From Mobula hypostoma (Eukaryota), in assembly GCF_963921235.1 (NCBI RefSeq), contig NC_086097.1, positions 202,432,001-202,496,000 of the forward strand: a DNA stretch of 64,000 bases, given 5' to 3'. The position numbers and the translations under genes were made by a program. The notes under the pieces were generated by a model. It worked only from the letters and a program-made list of their open reading frames with translations, ran no database searches and was not told the DNA's origin. This document shows positions 37,603 to 50,047 of this stretch, in pieces (positions within the stretch are counted from its first letter, which is position 1; each line of letters opens with the position of its first letter).

Positions 37603-40450
37603 AGAGTCATATAACACTCCAGCACAGAAACAAGCCCTTCAGCCATTTAGTCTGTGCTGAACCATTAATCTGCCTAATCCCATCGATCCGCATCCAGTCC
37701 ATAGTCCAAAACACCCCTCCCATCCATGTATCTATCAATGTTGAAGGTGACCCTGGATCCCCCACTTGCACTGGCAGCTTGTTCCAGACTCTCATCACCC
37801 TCTGAGTGAAGAAGTTTCCCCATATTTTCCCCTTAAACATTTCACCTTTCCCCATTAACCCATGACTTCTAGTTCTAGCCAAACTCAGTGGAAAAAGCAT
37901 GCTTCCGTTTACCCTGTCTATACCCCTCATAATCTTGTATACCTCTATCAAATCTCCCCTCAATCTTCTATGTTCAAGGCATAAATCCAAACCTATTCAA
38001 CCTTTTCCCTATAACTCAGGTCCCCAACTCCCGGCAACATCCATGTACTTTGTAAATTTTCACTGCACTCCTTCAATCTTATTTGCATATTTTCTGTAGG
38101 TAGGTGACCAAAACTGCACACAGTACACCAAACTGGACTTCACCAACATTTTATACAACTTCAGCATAACATCCCATCTCCTGTACTCAGTAGTATGATT
38201 TATGAAGGCCAATGTGCCAAAAGCTTTTGTTACAACCCCATCTACCTGTGGCGCTGTGCTCAAGGAATTATGGATCTTTATTCCCAGTTTCCTGTGTTCT
38301 ATCACACTTCTCAATGCCCTACTGCTCACTGTGTAAGACCTACCCTGGCTTGTCCTCCCAAAGGGCACCACCTCACACTTGCCTGCATTAAATTCCATCT
38401 GCCATTTTTCAGCCCAGTTTTTCAGCTGGTCCAGATACCACTGCAAGCTTTGATTGTCTTCCTTGCTGTCCGCTACACCGCTAATCTTGGTATCATCTGC
38501 TAAATTTGTTGATCCAGTTTACCATATTATCATCCAGATTGTTGATATAGATGAGAAACAACAACATACCCAGCACCAATCCCTGGGGCACACTACTAGT
38601 CACACACTTCCTGTTAGAGAGGCAACCGTCTACTCCCACTCTCTGCCTTCTCCTGCGAAGCCAATGTCTAATTCAATTCACTGCCTCATCTTGAATGCCG
38701 AATGACTGAACCTACTTGACTAACCTCCCATATGGGACCTTGTCAAAAGCCTTGCTAAAGTCCATATAAATAACTTCCACTGCCTTGCCTTCATCAGCTT
38801 TCGTAGTAACTTCCTCAAAAAACCCTATAAGATTGATTGGAGGCGACTCAGCACACAAAAGCTACGCTAACTATCCCTAATCCCTCCCTGTCTACCCAAA
38901 TATTTCTATATCTGGTCCCTTAGAATATCTTGCAGTAACTTTCCAGTAAATTAGAGGCTCGCAGGCCTATAATTTCCTGTCTTATTCTAAAAGCCTTTCT
39001 TAAACAATGGAACAACGTTAGCTATCCTCCAATCCTCTGGCACCTCATCCTTGGCTCAGGACATTGTAAATCTCTGCTTGGGCCCCTGCCATTTCTGCAC
39101 TAGCTTCCCATAGGATCCAAGGGAACATCTTGTCAAGTTCTGGGGATTTATCCACCCTAATTTTCCTCCAAACAGTAAACACCTCCTCCTCTGTAATCTG
39201 TATTGGGTCCATGGCCTCTCTGCTCCTTTGCCCCACATCTATAAACTCTACATCCATTTCCCGGTTAAATAAAGATACAAAAAATCCATTTAAGCCCTCC
39301 CCCATCTATTTTCCCCCCACAAATTGACTTACCACTATAATCTTCCAGAGGACCTATTTTGTTCCTTGCTATGCTTTTGCTCCTAACATATCAGCAGAGT
39401 CCATAGGATTCCCCTTCACCTTATTTTCTAGCACAACCTCATGCCTTCTTTTAGGCCTCCTTGATTACCTTAAGTATTCTCTTGCATTCCTTACACTCCT
39501 CAAGTTTTTCGTTTGTTTCTAGCTGCTGAGTACCTCCTTTTTTTTCTTTACCACCATCTCAATATCCCTCAAAATCCAAGGGTCATTAAATCTGTTTTCC
39601 TTGCCTTTTATTCTGACAGGAACACACAATCTCTGCACTCTCTAAATTTCACTTTTGAAGGCCTCCTACTTACGAAGTACACCTTTGCCAGAAAACAACC
39701 TATCTCATTCCTTTCTGATACCATCAAAATTGGACTTTCTCCAAATGAGAATCTTAACTTGAGGACCAGAATTGTCCTTTTCTATAATTACCTTGAAATT
39801 AGTGACATTATGATCACTAGATGAAAAGTGTTCCCCTACACTGGGGTACTCAGCACCAGCTGCCTATCCCCTTTCCCTTGCTTATAGCCAGCCAGTTACC
39901 TATGTCCTACACTTCATTGTCATAACTACCTCCCTGTATGTCCTGTCCTCCTGAATGATCCAGAGTTCATCCAGTTCCAGCTCAAGCTCCTTAATAGAGT
40001 CGTTAGAAACTGCAGCTAGATGCACTTCTTGCAGCAATACTTGGAGGTCTCTCTGCCTTCCATTACTCTGCAAAAGCAGCATTCCACTATCTGACCTGGC
40101 ATTCCCTCTGCTTTAAATATGCAATTAGAAAGAAAGAAAAAATAAAGGAAAAAATCCTCTAGTTATGGCCTACTCTCCTTCTTGCCGAAGCCTCGAAGAG
40201 CCAAAGCCTCAACCTCCCACTCTAATACTGGCTCACTCACACAATGGCCATTCCCACAATAGCTGCTCTGATTCAACATAACTTATTTTTATTGGCCTTT
40301 GCCAAGTGACTAATTATTCGCAATCCAATGTCTCCTTGGGAACCATGGCATGAACGAAGTGCTGACTGCCCCCACTTGGCTTCTTCTACACTCTCTTTCC
40401 CTCTACACAATCAGATGTCTCTTTGGGAACTGTGGCATGCAAGATTGTCT
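37603..40450 (-). mobile_element. degenerate, internally deleted CR1 LINE
   Basis: RLRGDLIEVYKIMRG, WAEKWQMEFNAGKCEV, IRVDKSPE; ORF1 remnant KELELELDELWIIQE. Confidence 0.88.
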
Positions 40451-42679
40451 TCAGCATTGCTTCTGTGCGATTCAAAAACTTAGCTTCATTTAATAACTAA
40501 TGAAAATTTTGCCTACTTTTTGTCACCTGTGTTATGTTCCTTGAGTGTAAACAACTATCTACAACAGTTGTAACATCTGGCTGAAGTTTGGCCTAATTAT
40601 TTACTCTGTTTCTCAAAAAGGATAGAGCAGCATATCTGGTTGAGAGATCCAACTGTATGGATGTCCAAGTAGAACGCCCCCTCCCACCTCCCCAAGTTAA
40701 TCACAGGATACCTTTGAAATTTTCTAAATTTCTCTCTGCCTTCCTCAGCCAGCTCAACAAGATTTTGCCAGTTTCATGAGTTAGCAATTGAGGGAAGGAA
40801 GGGAAGGTACTAGAAGATTTGGAGGTTGGTTTGTCAGTCGGGATGTAGTTAACAGTCATAGAAAAAGGGAAATTATTGGTTGAGCACTCTGTGTTTGTGA
40901 TGGATGGTTGGCTTTGTACTGTGGATTGAATATTTCAGATGGGTATGGTAGAAGTCTGATATTAAAGATAGGAATCAAAGGAGTTGAGGGCATAGGTTAC
41001 AACTGAGGACTCTGTAGCAAACAAAATCTTTAATAACTACAAACACTGAATCACCAGATAGACTGTCGAAACTATGGTGTGGGGTAAAAACAGAGTAGCC
41101 AACTTGTCAATGGGGAAATGTAATCACCTGCTGTAGTGGGTGTGTTAATAACAAGAATCCAGCCTGATGGTTATTCAAGGGAGTGATAAGGAGCTTAACC
41201 AGCCTGTCAGTGATGTTGTGTGGAGTGAGATAGAGTATTGAGTAGTCAAGTTACATGTTACTGTGGTGATTTGCACATAGCATGGTGACTTTTACTTCGA
41301 TCATGGAACAAGTGGTTCAATCCATGACTCGATAGATTTCTGAGTGACAGTTCTCATAGTTTCATTATATCCCTAGCACTGGAGGTTGATGAGGTTTCCA
41401 TTGCTTTATATCAGTACTGCCCTCTGTTCTCACCCAGTGCTATTGGAATGCTGAGGAGAACTGCATTGGTTCCTTGATTGGTACCCCTGCAGTTCGCCTG
41501 CCGTCCACTCCACTGATACCCTTAAAGGCCCTCCATAACTGTGTCAGGTTTCCTTGGCCTTTGCAATATGCAGGAGTCTGCAAATAAACCCAAAAATGCT
41601 CAGAGCTCTTCAAAGTTATGTGTGACTATTGGGTCATGAAGGTTCAGCAGTTTTTCAGCTTTTATGAGTCACTGAGTATGAATTTCATTGGTAAAGCAGG
41701 CACCATTCGTTTGCAGAAGGCAATTGCCAACTAAGTGAGCCCTTCTTGGAATTGGTGTTAATGTTTACCATGGCGAGGATTGAGGTCTTGCTCCATAGCA
41801 GTAATTCTAGGCTCAGAAGCAAGCCCAGCTGAATTTCCACCATTGTAAATTAGCTAAGGAATACCTTTGCATTGTTTTGTTTTGAGTGTCAATAGTATTC
41901 CAATGTCATACAAATCATGCAGTAACTCTTGGGATACTGCAGTAGAGGAGATTCATTTGTATATTGTTCGTGTTTAGGCCCTTTTGAATAGGCTATCAAC
42001 TTAATCTAATTCTCATTCTTTTTTTTCTTTTACAATCCCACAGATTGCTGCTTCTTAAATCATGTTCAATTTGTTTTATATCTTGCCATTATTTCTGCTT
42101 CCACCGCTCTTTCACAGTGTGCTCCAGATTTCAATAATTTGCTGATTTTTAATAATTTTCCTCCCCTGTGGTTCTTTTGCCATTGATATTAAATTTGTGT
42201 CTATTAATGAAAAAAGGAAATAACTTCTCTATATTTATTATACAAACTCTATGTTTCCTGCTTTCCTTCTCTTCTTCTAGTACTGGATTTTCTTTCTCAA
42301 TTCTCGAGTTCATTACAATTATTATTGGAAAAGAATTACAGACTGTAAACTGTCTACAGTAGATTTGAGGAAACATATTGGCAGATTGGGTGCTTGAGCT
42401 TCAAAATGGTGAACAGTGAATGACGGATCTTTAGTTTACAGTATATACTACCTTAAGTATGTAACAGGAGCAAGCTGTAAGTCTTTTGCCTCTGGCGAAC
42501 TATTTTATGCAACACAGTTATATGAATGTAAAGAATTGCAAGTAACTTCCTTTCTGTGTGAAGACATTCTCAGTAGTAAATTCTCAGTAGTAAAAACAGG
42601 ATCCATGGAAGAAATTAAATGAGTGAGATTGAAAATGAATAACTCTATTTTGTTGAGGTTTCTTTTTTCGTCTCTGTAG

Positions 42680-42767
42680 TGTCCTTGACAGTCCAAACCG
42701 ATTGGATGAAGAACATCGATTAATAGCAAGATATGCAGCACGACTAGCTGCTGAAGCAGCATCTTCA
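42680..42767 (+). CDS. DTNA: alpha-dystrobrevin exon, 88 nt, constitutive syntrophin-binding site
   Basis: ttttcgtctctgtag|T GTC...TCT TCA|gtaagt; [29 protein letters not shown]. Confidence 0.96.
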
Positions 42768-43305
42768 GTAAGTTTGGTTTCTTTCAAGTTCATTTTTAAA
42801 TGTTTTAATGTGATAATTAAATTTTGTTACAGCTGAACAGTTCAATATTACCTGCTGCATCACTTTGATCATTCCTTCTCAACAAACAGTACGTTTGTGA
42901 AATCCACTTTACGTTCCTCAGTTTAGTTTCCAATGCGCTTTATGAATTGAATACTTTAGATAAAAATAAAGTGGAACATGGAGTTGTTATGAAGTGAAAG
43001 ATTACTTGCAGCTAATTGCTACTGTTTTTGTCTCATAATTTCATAAGTCTAAACTGCCTTTAGGAGGCTAACCTCAAAAATAGTGCAGCAGAGGCACTAC
43101 AGATTTAAATTTAATATACAATGATATATATTTTTTATACTGCAGCATCATTGGCACTTTGGATATTAAATCACTTTTTTTTATCTTCCTGCTGCAAATA
43201 CAAATCCATTCCTCTTCTATATTTGGCTCTAATCTCCAATGCTTTCTAATGTTCTGTGGAAGAAGTACACAAATTCTAAAACAAAATATTTATACATCTT
43301 TCTAG

Positions 43306-43394
43306 CAACAGCGTGCTCCCTCTGATCTGACCTCTACCATAGATGCCAATAAGCAGCATCGGCAGCTGATTGCTGAACTTGAAAACAAGAATAG
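43306..43394 (+). CDS. DTNA: alpha-dystrobrevin exon, 89 nt, start of the coiled coil
   Basis: catctttctag|CAA CAG...AAT AG|gtaggt; QQRAPSDLTSTIDANKQHRQLIAELENKNR. Confidence 0.95.
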
Positions 43395-43530
43395 GTAGGT
43401 GATGCAGCTTTAATTTTATTTTTCTGGTCCTTGCATTCATACACTAATATTTTTGCATCTTCCACAAAAATGGTAAGACCGTGCTAAAGTGGTTAAATTA
43501 CAAGGCTGGTCATCCATTTGGCTGGCCTAA

Positions 43531-43646
43531 CAGCCAGAGACTTGAGTTTAAATCAACAATGGTATATTTTCAGAAACGTACATCCATGCTATTAACTGAA
43601 TGTAAATTTTAGCACCACTGTTGATTTAAACTCAAGTCTCTGGCTG
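43531..43646. repeat. 33-bp inverted repeat (one mismatch) with a 50-nt spacer
   Basis: cagccagagacttgagtttaaatcaacaatggt / accactgttgatttaaactcaagtctctggctg. Confidence 0.95.
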
Positions 43647-44907
43647 ACCTCATCTGCCTTATATGTGACTCTTAAAGGTCCTCAAAAATGGCCTGACAAA
43701 ATTTCTCAGTTGTACCTTGAGAGCAACATTGAAAGGGAAATATGGAACAGGAAACCGACTCCTGATTACTTGTATCATCCACTCTGAGATAACAAATCAC
43801 CGCTCCCTCATTTTGATCAACACTTGGAAGAAGCACTGAAAATAGCAAAGGCACAGAATGTACGCTGGTGGGGGACTTAACTGCCCATTGTCAAGAGAGG
43901 CTTTCTGGTGTTGTGACTGTTACTAAGTTACTGGAGAAACTGTTATTTATGAAGGTCTTTATTCATCATGCTGTGATACTGTGTACATTAGCACCAGAAA
44001 TGGTTATGAAATCTCTGGTAAGGCTGCAGTTATTGATCAAGGCACTGGTCTTTATTACTTCTTGGTCTATGACCTTCTGGTTCAATCAAAAAGTGTTCAT
44101 TTGAAGACCTGAATCTATTTTTTTTGTCACCTAACACAATATTACCATTGTGCTAATAAGCAGATTTACATCTTTGAAATAAAACAGAATATACTCCTGG
44201 GCATTGGTGTTCAGTTTGCTCAGGACATTAGCCATCAAATTATTGGAAAGGGAAGAGCATGATTTCAGTTTATTATCACTTGAAGGTTTGTTCTCAAAAA
44301 GTGCAATAGTCCATTGAAAAATGAGGAGAAGGCAGGAGGATGGAGTTGAGAGGGTTAATAAATCAGCCATAATAGAATAGAGGAGCAGACTCGATGGGCT
44401 GATTGGCCAAATTCCGCACCTATGTCTTATGTAATGCAAGTCACTCCCACATTAGGACCATGATTGCATATTCAAGTTTGGTGTGTGAAATCAAACCTTA
44501 TGACACCAGTAAGCTATCAGTTTAGATTAAGATGATTCTTCAATTATGAGCATTTACTGTATATGTGATTTAATTTTAAAGTTGACATTTATAGTTATCA
44601 AATACTTTTTGTAACATCGCTCTAAATCCATCACTGTCTACTGCACCAGTGTTCCCGCGAAATATTTCCCATTCCTCACCAATGATTGATTGCCAGGTGT
44701 TTAAAAATTTAGTGTCTTATTTGTGGTATCCATCTGACTCAAAGGAATGTGTCCAGACTGAACCAAGTTAATACCTCACAATAAAGACCTTTTGGCTAGA
44801 AGATTTGCACTGAAACATTCTAGTGGAACAAGTATCTACAATTATATCCTGTGTCAGTTTTTTTTTTGTGGCAATATAAATCCATAGTAACTTTTGTCAT
44901 TTGTCAG

Positions 44908-45021
44908 AGAAATCCTGCAAGAGATTCAGAGATTGAGACTTGAGCACGAACAAGCATCTCAGCCCACCCCTGAGAAGGCACAACAGAACCCCACCCTCCT
45001 TGCTGAGCTACGACTCCTCAG
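44908..45021 (+). CDS. DTNA: alpha-dystrobrevin exon, 114 nt, coiled coil (dystrophin-binding region)
   Basis: ttttgtcatttgtcag|A GAA...CTC AG|gtaagt; [38 protein letters not shown]. Confidence 0.97.
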
Positions 45022-46014
45022 GTAAGTCATTGAAAATGCAGTTGAGTTGAACATTGTTCTGGGAAATGTTAACCAATTATGAGGTCAGTCCCGGAGCCTT
45101 AAAGTTTTCTCTTCAATCTTCTTTCTTCTCTGTCATCACTCCTTTCTGTTCCTTCCTGCTGCAGCAGTGTTGTTGTTGTTTTTTTGCAACTCCTGCACAA
45201 GGGAAGGGGAAAAAAGAGCTACTTTGGATGAATTGTCCTGGTTTTGATATTAGTGCACACAATGTGTTTGGTTTGTTTTGCATGGATGGGGAGAGAGTGC
45301 TAGATCACAACCCTACTTGCTGTATTCTGTTAAAAATATAAAATTGCCTTGTGCTCTAATCAATGGAGGACAACAGCACAATTATTACAAAAATTAGTCA
45401 AGGTGATATTCTACAGGAGAGTAAAGTATCAGGACAGAAATATCACTCCTTGATAATCATAAAGATTGATAATTCTGATGTAGTATATAGTACCTGACAT
45501 ATGGAGTCAAACCATCTATATGATGTTATGGGGCACCATTTTCATAGCTGCAAACTTTTGCAAAGTAACTGATGTGTCACCCATTTATACACTAAGCTAG
45601 TAAAGGGCTTAAAAGATTTCAAATTAGCCTGCTTAAAGAAGGACAAATTTACTAGCCACAGATGTTCCATCCCTATGTATTCCTAGAAGGCTCTTTTGAT
45701 CCCTTTTTCTGTGTGTGGATGTATGGTTGGTATCGTTGTCTCAAGCTGGTGGACTACTGAAGAAACAAGTCTGACAAACTCTGGTGGACAATGACCTCCA
45801 GCAAGATCACCTCCAAGTTTATCAGATTGTAAAGCTTGTACCTATCTTGTATCCCTAATGTCAGTTTCCTGGATACAAGGTCATGTGTTACCAGATACTG
45901 GTATTTCCTCCTCAACTTAACTTCTTATCTCTATTTTGATAGCAACATATTACTTTTTTTTTGTTTGATTATTATGTTTGAGTAGACTCAGAGCAAACCC
46001 ATTCAGTACCAAAT

Positions 46015-47130
46015 GAGGAATTGGAATTGGAACTGGTTTATTACTTGTTCTGAGATGTAGAGTGTTGTCTATGTGGCCGTTTACACAACAATATCATTAA
46101 TAAAAACGCTAGAGACTGGAGCTATGTTAACAGGGGCTTTTACTTACGGATCCCGAACTGAACACATATATACAGATCAATACACGCCTAATAGTGCATG
46201 CTCAATAACGTGTTACTACGACATAAAATAGTCCTGTATTATACAGTAGGCTATATGGTACACAGAGAAAGGCTTGTCTTACATACTGTCTGTACAGATC
46301 AAATCATCGCACAATGCATTGGGGTGAAAAGAGTAACAGACTGTGGAATGAAGTGTAAGAGCAACAGAGGAAGAACAGTGCAGGTAAATAATAAGGTGCA
46401 AGGTCATAATGAGGTGGACTGTCAGGTAAAACATACATCTTATCATACTAGGGAACTATTCAATTGTCTTATTATAGTGGGGTAGAAACTCTCATTCAGC
46501 CTGGCTATGTGCTTTCAGGCTTTTGTGTCCTCTTCCCGATGAAAAATGGGAGAAAAAAGGGTGCCCTGGGGTGGGCAGGGTCTTTGTTTATGCTGGCTGT
46601 TTTAATAAGGCAGTGTAAGTACAAAGTCCATGAGGGGGAGAGGCTGTTTTTTTCTGTGAGGTGTTGAGCTGTGAATACATCTCTCTACAGTTTTGTTGCC
46701 ATCATAAGCCATTATGCATCAAGAAAGAATGCTTTCTATGGTGCATTGATAAAAATTGTTAAGAGTCAATAGGAATATGCCAAATTTATGAGAATTGGAG
46801 ACATTGATGAGCTTTCTAGGCCAAGGCATCTATGTGGTTGGACCAGGACAGGTTTTAGTGATGTTCATTCCTAGGCACTTGGAGCTCTCAAACCTGTCAA
46901 CCTCAGTACTGTTGATGTAGATAGGAACATGTGCACCTTCTCCTTCCTGAAGATAATAGAAAACTCGTTTGCTGACTTTGAGGGAAAATTTGTTGTCATG
47001 GCATCATGTTAACTAAGCAGTCTATCTCCTTCCTGTACTCCAACTCATCATTATTTGAGATACAGCCCACATGGTGTTCTCATCAGCAAATATGTAGATG
47101 GAATTACACAAGAATCTGGCCATGCAGTCA
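46015..47130 (-). mobile_element. old Rex1/Babar-type LINE 3' fragment
   Basis: gaattggaattggaactggtttatt tail; gaatgctttctatggtgcattgataaaaatt. Confidence 0.7.
46063..46262. mobile_element. short (200 bp) solo-LTR-like insertion
   Basis: TG...CA termini; imperfect 5-bp TSD tagag/cagag; interrupts the Rex-type host. Confidence 0.5.
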
Positions 47131-47539
47131 TTTGATTTTTGTTCTTGTTTCTATAGTTAATGAAGCTTACCAAAATGACAGTTACTTGTGCTCACACTGA
47201 CTCTCCACCCATTGCCTGGCTTCAAAACTATTAATGACATCCATAAATGTTTCTTTTGCCCACTTGATCGTCGTATTTGATTTCAAAATTAACTTTAAAC
47301 ACAATGGCCTCAAATGTACCTGGAATTTGTGATGGGTTGGTGTCAAAATAAAGATGGATAAAGTTCAATTGCGAAGGAAAGAAATACAAGTGTTTGGTAA
47401 CCCTTGATCTGTGTGCCCAAGGAACTCGCATCAGGGCTACAAGGTCTGTACATGCCTTATAGCCCAACAAATTTAAAGGGGAAATAGCTGGAGATCATTG
47501 TCCATAAGGTGTTGTCACGCTCATCCTTTCAATTTGCTA

Positions 47540-48615
47540 TTAGAGAAGTTCTTCAATGGAAGGCATAGGTTTAAGATGAGCGGAAGCAGTCTTAAAGAGG
47601 ATCTGAGGGGAATATTTATTGCATAGAGAGCAGCTGATATCCAGAACTCACTGCCAAAGGATGTTGTAGAGTTAGATACCATCAATACATTTAAGAGACA
47701 TTTAGGCAGGCACTCAAAAAGCAAGGCATAGAAGGATATAGACATAGTGTGAACAAAATGCCTCAGAAAGCAGTGGAAGCCAATTCTCTGGATTCTTTCA
47801 AAAAAGAGTTAGATAGAGTTCTTAAAGATAGTGGAGTGAAGGGATATGGGGAGAAGGCAGGAACAGGGTACTGATTGTGGATGATCAGCCATGATCACAG
47901 TGAATGCCGGTGCTGGCTCAAAGGGCTAAATGGCCTACTCCTGCACCTATTGTCTATTGTCTAAAAGGGATTAGCGTATACGGGCAAAAAGGTTGACATG
48001 GAAGTTGTGAGCAGATGTCTGTGTCATTTTTATGAATTTGTAATTAAATATAGAATAACAACATTGTAGATGGAAGACTATAGCCAGAAACAGGCCTTTT
48101 CCACAATGTTGTCCTGAACTGATTAAGCTAATGACACCAACTCCTTTCTGCCAGCATGTGATACATAGCCCTCTATTTTATGCATATTCATGTGACTAGC
48201 TAATAGCCTCTTAACGCCTCTGTCATATATGCATTCCAAACACCCATTTTCAGTGTAAAATAACCTTGCCCTGCACATTGTCTTTGAACTTTGCCTTCTC
48301 ACCTTAAGTGCATGTCTTCTAGAATTAGGCATTTTGATGTGAGGAAAGAAACCAGCTATCTACGCATCTATGCCCCTCACGATGTTATAACCCTCTTAGA
48401 TCTCCCCTCAGCCTCTGCCACGCCAGAAAAAAACAGCACAAATTTATCCAACTTTTCCTTTTAGCACATGTCCTCTAATCCAGGCACCATCCTGGTAAAC
48501 CTCTTCAGCACTCTCTCCATAGCCTTCATATTCTTCCTGTATTGTAGCAAACGGAACTGAGTGCAGTACACCAGATGCAGCCTAACCGGAGTTTTATAAA
48601 CCTGCAATGTAATTT
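47540..48615. mobile_element. cluster of CR1 3' fragments (plus strand 47540-48010, minus strand 48070-48615)
   Basis: typical CR1 3' ends (aaaaagagttagatagag...ctcctgcacctattgtctattgtct). Confidence 0.7.
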
Positions 48616-49074
48616 ATAGCAACATATAAATTATTTGCTTCAAATAGATTGAACTGAACTTTATCAATTTATTATTTGAAAAAAGAGAAATTATAAGGTT
48701 AGTAAAAGAGAAAAAGGAAAAAGGAAGTTTGGGAAGCTGAAATTGGACAAAGCCCTTTAGGAACATAAAGGAAGCAGAGAAGAACTTAAGCAAGAAATTT
48801 ATAGTGTTAAACATGGCCATTAAGCAAGATGGTAGCTAGGGAAAGGATAGGTCCAGTCACAGGCAAAGGAGGGAATTTATGCATGGAGACAGAGGAAGTG
48901 ACCGAGGTCTTTAATAAATACTTCAGACAGTATTCACCAAGATGGACCTACGTGATGTTGAGATCAGGATGGAGTATGTTCTTATTTATATGAAGTAGAT
49001 ATGAGTCATTTGAACAATATTGTGGTGATAAGTCCCAACTGCTACTGCTGAGAGAAGATCCTTAGGAACAGTAT

Positions 49075-49602
49075 TTAGTCAGAGTCATACTTTATTGATC
49101 CCGAGGGAAATTGATTTTCGTTACAGTTGCCCCAACCAAGAATAGAGTATAAATATAGCAATATAAAACCATAAATAATTAGATAGTAATATGTAAATTA
49201 TGCCAGGAAATAACTCAGGGTGTCTGACCCTCCAAGGGAGGAGTTGTAAAGTTTGATGGCCACAGGCAGGAGTGACTTCCTGTGACGCTCAGTGTTGCAT
49301 CTCGGTGGAATGAGTCTCTGGCTGAATGTACTCCTGTGGATGGGAGACATTGTCCAAGATGGCATGCAACTTGGACAGCATCCTCTTTTCAGACACCACC
49401 GTGAGGGAGTCCAGTTCCATCCCCACAACATCACTGGCCTTACAAATGAGTTTGTTGATTCTGTTGGTGTCGGCTCCCCTCAGCCTGCTGCCCCAGCACA
49501 CAACAGCAAACATGATCGCACTGGACACCACAGACCCGTAGAACATCCTCAGCATCGTCTGAAAGATGTTAAAGGACCTCAGTCTCCTCAGGAAATAGAG
49601 AT
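49075..49602 (-). mobile_element. Rex1-type LINE 3' fragment (second subfamily) inserted in an old plus-strand CR1
   Basis: MLRMFYGSVVSSAIMFAVVCWGSRLRGADTNRINKLICKAS; agtcagagtcatactttattg tail. Confidence 0.85.
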
Positions 49603-50047
49603 GGCTTATTATGGACTTATTAGGGAAATACAGCAGGGCTCTGTACTGATTGAGTTATTTGAGGAGATGACAGAGATAATAGCTGAGGGTAGAGTAGGGC
49701 AGTGGATGTCATCTACATGGACTTTCATGAAGTATTTGACAAGGTCCCTCTTGGTCTAGAAGAATCAAAATCCGGTTTATTGTCTCTGACACATGTTGTG
49801 AAATTTGTTGCTTCGTGCAGCAGTACAGTGCAATAGATATTTTTTAAATTACTGTATGTTACAATAAGAATATATTAAAATGAATACTGCAAAAGGAGAC
49901 CAAAATAATGAAGTCGTGTTCATGGGTTTATGGTCTGTTCAGAAATCTGATGGCAGAGGGGAAGAACCTGTTGATAAAAGGTTGAGTGTGCATCTCCTCC
50001 CTGACGGTACCAGTGAGAAGCAGACATGTCCTGGGTAATGAGGTTCA

